In this document: positions 1-10,900 of the stretch, one piece after another
How the letters are laid out: every line of letters starts with the position of its first letter
How positions within the stretch are numbered: the stretch's first letter is position 1
Source: Takakia lepidozioides
Lineage: Eukaryota > Plantae > Bryophyta
Assembly (NCBI GenBank): GCA_030704615.1
Contig: JAKLZA010000038.1
Span: 1 to 25,000 of the forward strand
Direction of reading: 5' to 3'
Length of the DNA: 25,000 nt
Position numbers and translations under genes: made by a program
Notes under the pieces: model-generated
Seen by the model: only the letters and a program-made list of their open reading frames with translations
The model's database searches: none
What the model was told of the DNA's origin: nothing

Positions 1-1860
1 AGTTTGTTAGCAAAATAGAACAACGTCGTCAGTGAATACAAAACAGAATTGACCTGCCCTGGGTGGCTTTCCCTCATACACAAAGGCACACCTAGCTTTG
101 CAAAGGTTCCACAAAGTGAGAGCCCTCAGAGTTGCCCATACAGGACAGGAAACTTGAGAACCAGCAGGCAGCCAATTCAAGAGAAGCAATGAAGAAGGGG
201 GAGGGGCGGGGAGGGGAGCGAGTCTCAATTAGAGTAAAAACATAAGACCGCTCTCCAAACCTTGGCAGGCAGTTGACATTCTGCCAGACAGTGCTCAATA
301 GATTCTAGCTGGACCTGACATGAAGCGCATAAGGAGTTGTTGAGCTGCGTAGCCAAGTTGACAGGCAAAATTCTATGAGCCAGCTTCCATAAAAAACCGG
401 ATTTTTTTGCAACCCTTAGTTGTCACCAGATGTCTTTCCACACCTTATTCCAATCATTTTGGGTCAGATTTAAATGAACCATTTTGATTTCCACTTGAAC
501 GAAGGATCTGGTGGGTTTCAGCAATGAGTAGTCCATCTTCACAGAATAGACGAAGAAATGGAAGTGGTGTTTGTCCATCTAGCTCCACTCCCCGGGGTCA
601 AATTGCAGGGCAGCCAGGGGGTAGGATAGGAACCAGTTACAAGACGAGTGCATGGCCCATTGGAATTCCTGCCCTTGTGGCGGGAGTGGGTTTGCATTAC
701 CCTTCCCATCCACCACCCTGCTAGCTGGATATAAGGAGTGTTTGCTGATTTCTGCCGTGCCTCTGGACTGCAAAGTGCCCTCTTGGTCTGTTGTAAAGGT
801 AATACTAGATGTTGTGTTGTCATCCAGAGCAAGGGTCAGGATCACCGTATTCCCACCATTGTGTGTAGAAGCCAACTAAGCTGGCAGCTTCCATGTGTGG
901 CCTCCATCTGTGAACAAAGGGACCATGTATTGAGGCACTTCAGCCAGCAGAGAGCCACCAGGAAGGCTAAGCCTTAGCACGCCTAGGGCCTAGCAGTGAG
1001 TTCACCAATGGCTCTGGCAAGAAGTTGTCGTTCTCCCAAATGCTGCCCATGTGTGTAAAGCCACAGTACTCCCAAAAAACCCACTTAGATTTCTACTGCA
1101 ATAGCACTCCCAAGCCCATGTTATAATTCCCAAATAGAGGCTGGCGGAAGCATTCAGCAAAATTGAAAGAAATCATCTGGGTAAGAGAGGGCCTGATTGC
1201 TTGTCATGCTGCCTGTCAAGGACAAGAACATGACTGAACACAAACAAGAGATCAAACTAGAGGTACAAGACTAAACAAGAAGTCAAGGTCGGCATGGCCG
1301 AATGCATGGTGGGTAAACATGAATCAAGATTATCTTTATAACAATGGACAAGAGTACAAGGTACTAGAACTCGACTCGAATACAAGAATGCTGGAAACTG
1401 GACTGGAATACCAGATACTTGAAACTGGACTAGAGTACTGGAAGCTGGACTGGAGTACTGGGACTGGGAACAAGAGTAGCTTGAACTTGTGTTGGCGAGA
1501 CTGAAGAGTGTCCAATCTCGCCTCCTACATATACTGGCTACTAAGAAGTTCCCTAAGAAGCTTCCCCTGTAGAGGTTTTTTTATGGAGAAGCTTTCTTAA
1601 GCAAAAGAGGTATCTTGATAAAGAAGTTTCTCCAAAGGAAGCTTCCTCAGCAGTTTCCCAAGTTACTCTTGGTAATTTGGTAAACTCCCGGTAATTTGGT
1701 AACTAATAAAACATGATAGATCATGGTAACTTCCGGTAACATGGTAACTTCTGGTATTTACTCTTGGTAAGTTCCTCTTGGCTATGTCCGTGACACTGCC
1801 CAAACAGATTGCCAGGGGCAATGTGACAATGGCAAATAGTCTGGGGTATTGGAATGGTCA
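1..1860 (-). mobile_element. Degenerate LINE (L1/Tx1-like) relic, C-terminal part of ORF2 including the zf-RVT region, interrupted by a solo LTR at 1214-1795
   Basis: Minus-strand translations match the C-terminal ORF2 of the LINE at 4529-13087: WQSVWAA*..RQPLFGN vs WQAI/WKAW..RQPIFGN; RVVD...NP..QW..WFLSYPLAALQFDPGEW vs RVID...NP..QW..WFLNIPLAQLQWDPGEW; LWNLCKARCAFVY vs AYWKSRCAFFF. Many stops and frameshifts. Runs off the left edge of the window. Confidence 0.85.
1214..1795. mobile_element. Solo LTR (582 bp) of an LTR retrotransposon
   Basis: Starts TGTCAAGGACA and ends TGTCCGTGACA (TG...CA termini, 10/11 inverted match). Flanked by a perfect 5-bp direct repeat CTGCC (1209-1213 and 1796-1800). 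No coding region inside. Internal short tandem motifs (ACTGGA-rich ~1390-1470, GGTAA-rich ~1670-1770). Removing it plus one TSD copy restores the LINE reading frame. Confidence 0.9.
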
Positions 1861-1984
1861 TAGTTATTTTCACTCTTTAATCAAAATCCTCAACGACAAC
1901 CACTACAACCCATTTTGGCTCTCAACAACACCCAACCAACCAATCAACCAACCACAGATGTCTTATTATTCTTTGGCCAAAGTT

Positions 1985-2469
1985 CAGCGTTTTTTTATTT
2001 TTATTTTTTATTTAACCAACAGGGACAGTGGCTTGGATTAAAAATGAGGAAAAAATAACCTCAAGCAACATACCATGAAGGTAGAGAAAGGGGACAATGC
2101 CCCGTGACCAAAATACGCAGGTTGCAGCAAAAATTAGGGATAGAATCTGCTATCTAAGAAAAGCCTCTAGATTATGGCGTTCCTACGCCTGGTAGCATTT
2201 GTTTTTTTGAAATTTGGAATTCATCACAAGTGGCTGCAGAAAGTAGACATACATTCTGTTCATCCACTGAAAGTAGGATAGAATCATCCATTTCCATACT
2301 TTAATCCATCTATATCATCCATATTAGGCAAATTTATCCATAATTGTTTTTAATTTGGAGAAGTTTGGCAATTTCATCCATGATAAAATAGGGAATTTGC
2401 AACAAAATATTCTATTTTATTTTTTTGAGGTTGAAATCTGACGAAAATTCATCAATAAAAAAAACGTTG
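1985..2469. mobile_element. Candidate non-autonomous TIR element (MITE-like)
   Basis: Imperfect terminal inverted repeats CAGCGTTTTTTTATT / AATAAAAAAAACGTTG. Several internal TCATCCA motifs. Flanks GGCCAAAGTT and GGCCAAATGC share 7 of 10 bases. Confidence 0.4.
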
Positions 2470-2570
2470 GGCCAAATGCAATCTTAGATCGAATAAAGTT
2501 AAGCTTCCTCCCCTTTCATCTAAAAGTTTAATATTTATTTATTTTTTAAATTAAAAATTAAAAAATAAAA

Positions 2571-3563
2571 CTTAGACAACTTTGACTGTCTAAAGAGGCC
2601 TCTCTTTTGGTTAAAAGCTGGGATTAATTGGTCTCTAAAAGGTGAGAAAATGAGGAAGTATTTCTTCTTGAAAGCCAAACTGAGAAGTATGGCTACTTTC
2701 ATTGTGGCTCTCAAAGATCTTCACGGGAACCCTCTTCTATTCCTAACGAGATGGCTACCTTTGTTGCCAATTACTTTCTGAATCTTTTCAGCAAACCTGA
2801 CTCTATCCCCTACCCTTCTGCAAGAGCCATATCTTCCATCCCTCGCTATATGATAACGATATTACCATGCTTAATATTGCTACCTTCACCATAGAAGAAT
2901 TAGGCCAAGGGGTTCGCATCCTCAACTCTAGATAGCCCCGGGTCTTGATGGGATGTCCATCGAATTTTTTGCATCTCTTTGGCTTGATATTGGTGATGAC
3001 TTTCTTCAGATGGCTAATCATATCATTTCTCAAGGGATTATGCCCTTACAAATGTCCTTAGGGCTTATTATCTTGATATTCAAAAAAAAAATCGTGATCT
3101 CATCACCAACTACCACCTGGTTTACAAGATTATAGCAAAGACCTTGGTGCTCCGTCTTCAATCTCTGCTGCCAAAAATCATCAGCCAGAGCAAACTGGCT
3201 TTCTTAAGAACCGTATGATCCTGGACAATTTGCTTTTCTTGAATGAAGCTTTGCACAAGGCTAATATTTGTGGTTGGCATTTAGCCATGCTTATGCTTGA
3301 CTTTGAAAAAGCATTTGATAGCATCAACTGAAATTTCCTCCATGGGGCTTTCCTGAAGAACGGAATTCAAGTAAGTTTCCTCTCATGCCATGATGGATCT
3401 TCATTCTACTCAATTCAACCTCCAGTAAAGGTGATGGTTAATGGTAGTATCTCTAAGCCCTTCCCTCTCTTTCATTCTGTTCGCCAAGGCTTGCCCTCTG
3501 GCCCTCCTCTGGCCCTCCTCTGGCCCCCTTTTTGTTCTTCATTGCAGCAGACGCACTTGCATT
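2571..3563 (+). mobile_element. Degenerate LINE ORF2 fragment (EN-RT linker and N-terminal half of reverse transcriptase)
   Basis: Translates to AGINWSLKGEKMRKYFFLKAK, SPGLDGMSIEFF, MLDFEKAFDSIN and RQG.CPL..FLFFIAADAL. These match the same motifs in the LINE at 9040-9990. Frameshifted, and recognisable homology stops at the inverted repeat at 3564. Confidence 0.9.
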
Positions 3564-4367
3564 AGGCACATGTTGCAGCAATGGACAAAGTGGGGAGGGC
3601 TTGCATATAGAGCTTAAACGATTTTTTGCAGAATGGCTCGTATTTCAATATCTTCAACTCATGATGATTTTACTCATTCTTATGAAAAGCAACGGTTGGC
3701 TATCAGTAGGTTGTTCGGATGGTTTCCCGAGTTTGAAAGCTGCTTAAAGCTTTGTTTGTTGCATTCTGGTCTGAGTACTTGGTTGTGGTTGAAGCTATAG
3801 CTGCTCAATATTTGCCGGCACTGGGTGTTGTTCAAGATCACCACACTTCACACATAAGAGCATAGATAAGGTACTTGGATTAAAGCTCTCCCAACTCATA
3901 TTTGGCAAAGCTCTTAGCTAGTTTTGCCCTCAGCAGTGAAAGTTCTTCCCACGTGCTCGCAAAAAAAATAAAAAAAATAAAATCAGCATTCCGGATTTCA
4001 TGAGCCAATTACTAGGCCAGTGGTTGTTCCAAGAGAGTGATCGCCCACAAATTAAAATTACGGAGAAGAGAAAATAACTTAATGACAGTTTTCAATTGAG
4101 AGATTTATTGCACAAAATCTTTTGAAGACACTTATATTGAGAGTAGATTGCAAGCATTGAGAGAGAGAGACAAACAGACAGACTAAAGAAATTACACTAT
4201 CAGCGATTGTAGCTGGATGCATGACGCAACGTTAAATTTTATAAAGAACAATTGCTTGTAGATGCTAAATGCTAGATCTATGGTGATAAAACAAAAGAAT
4301 GCAAGTATACAATAGCGCGGCAAACCAAATAGAAAAGCTATAAAGATTTTGTTTGCAACATGTGCCT
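3564..4367. mobile_element. Candidate ~800-bp non-autonomous DNA transposon (possibly PIF/Harbinger-like)
   Basis: Perfect 14-bp terminal inverted repeat AGGCACATGTTGCA (3564-3577) / TGCAACATGTGCCT (4354-4367). The left end falls exactly where LINE RT homology stops. With ends taken as 3565/4366 the flanks are TTA / TCA, an imperfect 3-bp TSD. Confidence 0.55.
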
Positions 4368-5460
4368 CATAGTCTTCTTGAAACAACTACTCACAAAAGA
4401 AATAAAGAAAGAGTTCCATGATAAACAAAGGAGTACTATTCCCCGCCGTAGTACCCTCTGGTTTGAAATTTTAATTTAAAAAAACCCAATAACAATACCT
4501 AGATTTTCAGTGGTATTGAAAAATAGATGGAGCTCCGCAGGCTGCAGAGAGGGGGACTGCGGGACTTAAGCTTTTTCTCGCTCCTTCGTGCTCCCTGGGC
4601 CTCGTCTTGCTGGTTTTGTTTACTATAATTTTCGTGTTGCATGCCAGGGTTTGGCATTCATAGTTGTGTTCAATTCGCTATCTTGCTTTCCGTTTTGGTT
4701 ATCCCGAAACCAATAGGGGTGATCTTTTTTCTCTCATGCTTTTCTGGCCTAGATTTTGGTTTAAGCTCCCTTCGCCTCAGTTCTAGGTGTTCTCTCCTTG
4801 ATTGTCTGGTTCTAGCACCAATGCTACTCTCTGGCTTGTCGCTGCTGGTCCCCTTGCGCTGAGTGGAGGGATAGGGAGCTCCTTTAAGGCAACTTGCTTG
4901 CATTAGTGTCTCAAGGGTGCCCTCAAGCTTATGCTGGATCCCCCTCCTCGATTTGATTCAATGACGGTCTGGAGCTGTGGCGTGGCGAGCTCTCGGGGTT
5001 GTGGCTGTTGGCAAGTGGCAGAGGGGAGTGTGTTTGCAGGTGTTCCGGGCCCTTCTTCAGCCGCGTTCTGTCTCACTGATCGGCCTCCTCCTGATGTAAA
5101 CCTAATCTCTTTAGTATTGCTTGCTTCGGTTCCTTCCATCGGTGCTCCGTCATTCAGGGTTTGCTCTCGAGCTTTGTGGTTTCTCAAGCTCCTCTTCTTA
5201 GGGTGCTTTGATCTGGCTTTGATCATCATGGATTTTTGGTGGTTTGTACCTCCCTTCTAGGGGATTTGCCTCTTCTGAGTAGCCCTTGTTCGTAATTTCC
5301 TTTGGGTGTCTCGTTTCTTTGTCAGGAATCCAAACTTAATTTTTTTGTTTCATTCTAGATTTCTCCCTTGGGCTGTTGCTGATTCCTAGCTTGGGGATTT
5401 GGAGCTTGGCTATCGCTGCTCTGTCGTCTGTTTCTGCTTTTGTCTCTGTGGGTTTCTACC

Positions 5461-7932
5461 ATGCAACTGTGGGGCAGTGTCATGGGTGGAAGAGGTCGTA
5501 GAGGACAGTTTCCCACTATGAGAGGGAAGGGAATAGGAGGACTTTGGGGATTCCTTTCGGGATCCTCGGGTGAAACCTCAACTTCTTCCTTGCAATCTAT
5601 GCTGGGCAAAGGCCGTTTTCATGTGGCTTCTCCCCCCATGTCGTCCGAGGTTGAGATCTGGCCGGAACCTTTGGATATCTTGGTCTCTGATGAGCCGATT
5701 CATCCCATTAACATGGAAACTGTCCGCTGTCAGACTTCTGAAATGCAAGCTATGGGGGTTCTTCTTCACTTTCCTGGTCGTCTGAAGGATCGAGATTGGG
5801 TTAGAGAGTGGGTCCATGATCATTTGGGGGGTGAGGGTCAGCTACACCAGCTCTTTTGTTTACCCATGGGCAGGGGTTTTTTTGCTGTCATGTTTGATTC
5901 TCAGGAAGCTGCGGCTAGGGCCTTGTCCTTTAATCCTTGCATGTCTGTTCACAAGGTCCATAAATTTCCTTGGTCCAAGGATTGGGGTCACAAAAATGGG
6001 GTTTTTTGTCGCCCTCGCATCATCTCTTTGCCTTTCCTTCCGTGTCAGTATCTAGCTTTCCTTCCTGAAATTGGCACTAGATTCGGTGACTATCTGGGCT
6101 GTTTGAGTATTTTTGACCTAGAAGCCACCAACTCCATGGTTGCGGAGTTGACAGGATGGGGTCCCCTTTCAAATATCAGTAGGATTGGGGATATTTTAGC
6201 CCCCAAGATAGTGGTGTTAATGCCCGTGTTGGCATTAGTTCCAAAAGCCATTAGGCTTCCTTCTCTTGTTGCTCCGTTTATTACTGTCGCCGTTTTCGAA
6301 GAGCAATTCTGCATGGTTTGTCATGGGTGTAATGGAGGAGGCCATTTTAAAGTTGATTGTCCTTTTTTGAAGAAAAAAAAGAGATGGCAACTACTGCTGC
6401 TGTGGTTCCCCCTGTCTCACTTCCCACTCCACCCCCTCCTCCCATCCCTCCTCTCTCCTCTCCTTTGCTCATGTTAGCCATTAATCGAATGGTTGTGTCT
6501 TCTTCCTCTCCGGGGCCTTCTTCTCCGTGTCCCTCAAAGAGACAAAGGACTCCGGCCAAGCCTGTTGGCAAGTCCCCTTCTCCCTCTCCCCGTAAGATTA
6601 CTCTTCCCCCCTCCGCCAACATCTCGCTCTTGGAAAAGGCTCTCCTGCCTCAAGTTTTCTCCATCTCTCATTTATGGAATCTACGGGTCCTAGTTTTCAG
6701 GACAGTCTGGCCTCTCGCTATCTTCGTCTTCGGTCCTTCAGTAATCTTCATTTGACCCCATGGTCTCCGGTTTCTGGGGTTAAAAAATGCAATGCCATCA
6801 TCTCTATCACCCCAATTGTGTTTCAGAAGGTCATGGGCTATCCTCAAATTCTGCTCACTGATCCGGTTTTGGGGCTGGCTACATCTTGGGTATCTCATGA
6901 TGATTTTTTAGAATTTCTTGGTCCGGAGCAAACTGTGGATCTGATCATAAAGAAAGTTCACTCTATTTTCTCCTTGAATTTGGGCTATTTGGCATTGAAT
7001 CCTGGGCTTACTTTGCACTTTGGTTCCTATTTGGTGGATAACTCCAAGCACTCTACTTTTTCCACGGTTCAAGTGTTGGTGGCTTTAGAACAGCGTGAAG
7101 TTACTAAGCCGGGGGAAAGTATTAGGGGTTGTTGGTCTAATGGCAGCTCTATCCCATCTGATTTGGCGGCTTTGATGGATCCTTCGGAGCTTGCGCTGGC
7201 CAGCAGGGCTTTGGATGATGGCTGCCTTCTCATCAATGCCATATCTACAAAAAAAAGCCAAGCTTAAAGGCAAACAATTGCTTATCGAGATGGACCCTGC
7301 TGATGGCAGCTCCCTAGGGGATTTTAATTCTTATTTGGGACCCTTTCAAGAGTTCCCCCCGACTCCAGCTGGGTCTTTGGCCCCGGTACCCCTTCTGGTT
7401 GCGGACTTCCCTCCTCTGGTAATCTTCTCCCCCCCCATCCTTTCCTCAGTGCCATGCGATGACAGTGTTGTTCTTGCTGCTTCAGTTCAGCCCTCCTCGG
7501 AGGACTCCTTGCTGGTCCTTTTTTTTTATTTCTGCTCCTCTATCCAAGAATCGTTGTCACCTTTTGGTCTCTTCCTGTGATAACAAATTTCTCCCCTCGT
7601 TGTATCTCTCTGAAAATGATCTTCTGCATCCTCGGGCCGTCATCTTTGACCTGGCCATCCTTTTGAGTCTTCCAATGGTGAACTTCAATATTTCTTTTTC
7701 TATTCGGAACAAGCTGCAATTTTATTTTTCTCAGTCAGACAAACCGAGAAGAGGCCCGTTGACGGTGGGTCATGTTCAGCTTCGGTTCCCTTCGCTTGTT
7801 TCTTCCTCCCTCTTTTTGTGGGTCTCTGTCCTTCCCTTTCATGATAAAAGAATTAAATTCAAGTTCTCTAAACCATTCAGGCCATCTCTTCAAGGTGACC
7901 CCTTGAGCCTGTTGATGGACAAACCCCCATGA
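5461..7932 (+). pseudogene. LINE ORF1 (DUF4283-like region, CX2CX4HX4C knuckle, long C-terminal extension), about 820 codons, frameshifted
   Basis: MGRGFFAVMFDSQEAAARAL...FPWSKDW resembles DUF4283 of plant LINE ORF1. CHGCNGGGHFKVDC is a zinc knuckle. Overlapping ORFs 5440-6477, 6357-6755, 6674-7267, 7191-7580 and 7459-7932 can be chained by single frameshifts, mostly at homopolymers. Its stop overlaps the ORF2 start (ATGA, 7929-7932). Confidence 0.8.
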
Positions 7933-10900
7933 ACCTTTCTCTCCATTCTTGGAATATCAGAGGTCTGGGCTCTGATTCTGTTGCCCCTAAGAGGACCACA
8001 TTAAAGCGCTGGATTTCTTCTCTTCCCCCCTCTCATTTTATTATCCTTCTTCAAGAACATAAATTAAACTCTGCCACAATTTCAACGCTTGGTAATCAAG
8101 TTTGGCCAGCTTCAGTGGCCTGGTGGAATCCTACCTATGAGGGCTCTCAGGGTGGATCTGCCATTCTTATCTCCCCTTCCCTTCTTCCGTTTGTGTCTTC
8201 GGTGGTTACCTGGATGGTGGGAAGAGTGTAGTGTATTTTTGTTAACACTCCCAACAATGCTGGGTTGCTTGGTATCATCAATGTTTATGCTCATAACTGC
8301 TCCTTGGAGCGAGCTCAACTTTGGTGCCTTATCAGATCTCAGGTTTTGGCCTTGTCTAATGTAGGGCACTGGATTCTTGCCGGGGATTTTAATATGGTGG
8401 AAAACCCATGTGATAGGTTAGCTTCAGAGTCCTCTGTGCTTTCTGTCTCTGAAGTGCATGAATGGGAAGCACTTACTCTCTCGGTGGGCCTTGCAGATAG
8501 TTACTCCTTCCCTCTTTCTCCTGCTTTTTCCTAGACCAACAATCGTAACCCACCAGGTCTGTGCATGGCGAGGCTCAACAGATTCTACTTCTCAGCATCT
8601 ATCTCCTCATGGTTTCATTATCTCCCCATGGGCCCAATCCTCTCTGATTTCGACCATGCAGAGGTTAGGGCCAAAGGTGGCCACGCCTGGAGTCAGGTCT
8701 AAAGGTAGATGGTTTACTAAGATTAACGTAAGTATCTTGAAAATTCCTTGGGTTCTAGAGGCCTTGAAAGCTTGCTGGTCCAGTTCTGCAGGCTTCTTCT
8801 CCTCCCCAACCCTTGGGTTTTTGAATAAGCTTCAGGCCTGTCATAAGCTTTGCATTTCTTTGGCCAGAGATCTTGCAGTTGAGAACAATAGACAGGAGCT
8901 GGCCTTGGTTAAATGTCTTTCGGTTTGTCAAAAGAAGATGGAAAGAAATCGGCATGGTCCCCAAACTTTGATCACTTATCAAGAGGCCAAACGTCGTCTT
9001 GGCCTGTTGCGAAAATCTAAAGACCTTTTTATGAAGATGAAAGCGGGGATCAACTGGTCTTTAAAGGGTGAAACGATGAGTAGGTATTTTTTCTTAAAGG
9101 CTAAACAACGTGGTGCGGCCCAGTCCATTCTCTCCCTTAAAGATGATTCAAACTGCTCTTGTTCTAATCCTAAGCGCATTAATTCCATTGCCAAGAGGTT
9201 CTTTAGGTCCTTGTATACTGCTGATCCTGATTCCCCTAGTATGAGGTTGGCCAGATCCTCTGTTTGTAGTAGAATCCCTGTCATTTTGTCCTCTGCTCAA
9301 GGAGAGAACTTAAACCTTCCCTTCTCTGAGATGGAATTAGCAGATACGTTGGCTGAACTTAAAGATCTTAAATCTCCAGGCATAGATGGCATGCCGACTG
9401 AGTTTTTCAAAGCCCTGTGGTCATCCATCTCATCTGACTTTTTGGCTTTGGCCAATGATATTTTGGCCAAAAACATTATGCCGTCGCAACTTTTCTCAAG
9501 GGGTCATTGCATTAATTTTTAAGAAAGGGGATATTGAGGACATTTCCAATTACCGCCCTATTACCTTGTTGAACGTGTCTTACAAAATCATTGCGAAGGC
9601 CTTGGCTCGGCGGTTGCAACTTCTTCTGCCCTCCCTTATTAGACCTGCCCAGTCTGGCTTTGTAAGGAAAAGGATGATTCTGGACAACATAATTCTCGCC
9701 AATGAGGCCTTGAGTTTTGCCGAAAAATCCAATCAACCTCTGGCTTTACTAATGCTGGATTTCGAAAAGGCTTTTGATCGAATTAACTGGAACTTTCTCA
9801 TTTTGGCGTTGCAGGGTGCGGGCATTCACTCTCAATTCCTTTCTTGGGTTCAAATACTTCTCTTCTCTGCCTCTAGTAGGGTTATGACTAACGGTTACCT
9901 CTCGAAATCATTTGCCCTTCAACGTTCTATTCGCCAGGGATGCCCTTTATCCCCTTTTCTTTTCCTGATTGCCGCAGACTATTTGGGTCACCTTATGGAC
10001 GCACAGCCAAACATTCTGGGTCTTCAAATTCCCTCCCCCTTTTTCTCCCATCCCTTCAATCTCACTTTGTCTATGTATGCCGATGACACGGACTTCTATC
10101 TACGAAATGACTTGCTTGCTAATATTGAGGCTGCTTTGAATACCTTGGACTGCCTGGTCTAAACTGGGCTAAATCTATTGGAATCCTTTCTAAACTTAGT
10201 AGTTCTTTTACGCATTTGCCTAACTGGGGTTTGGATAAGGGCTTGCGCTGGCTACGTGAGGGGGAATCGTGTAAGCTGCTCGGCCATCTGATTGGCCATG
10301 GCCTTTCTCAGCAAGATCGATTCTCTGATTGGCCATTTGATTGACTTTCTGGTGTTCTGCTCAACTGTCCATTGCAGGGAGGGCTTTGGTGGCCAACCAA
10401 CTGTCGGCGGCTATTTGGTTCATAGCCTCAGTCTGGGACCGGGCCCCAAGATTCTTCAATCTATTAAATCTTTGATTCGTAATTTCTTATGGGGTGCCTC
10501 TGATGCTATGATTGCTAGGCGTGCTTTGGTTTCATGGTCCTAGTTATGCCTTAAAAAAAACATGGGGGTCTTGGGATCTTGGACTTGGATAGAGAGATTA
10601 CGGCTTTACTTGGTAAGTGGATTCCCAGGGCCTTCCTGCCCCAGGCTGGTCCGTGGAAGTTCTTCTTTTGCCATAATATTCAGTGCTCAATTCCTGGTTC
10701 TAGTTTGTCATGGCCGTCACCCAGCTTTAGATGGCTGGTCCAGGGAGGCTCTAGAAACACCAAGCAATCTGTGGGTTCCTTGGCCTGGCAAGCCATATTG
10801 GAAAGCCTGGATTCGCCTTCGGGAGTTTCTATACCAAACCCCTCCCATATCTTGGGATGAGGCCCTCCGTCAGCCAATTTTTGGAAACATGCAGCTTAAC

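Noticed and set aside
1380-1475. Repetitive ORF (LETGLEY) or CRISPR-like repeats
   Set aside because: Short degenerate tandem motifs inside the solo LTR, with no repeat-spacer structure.
4529-4615. HDV-like ribozyme at the LINE 5' end
   Set aside because: A CCGCAG/CTGCGG hairpin exists, but I could not build the nested P1/P1.1/P2/P3 pseudoknot.
5687-5720. Hammerhead core CTGATGA...GAAA
   Set aside because: No stem II pairing, and it lies in ORF1 coding sequence.
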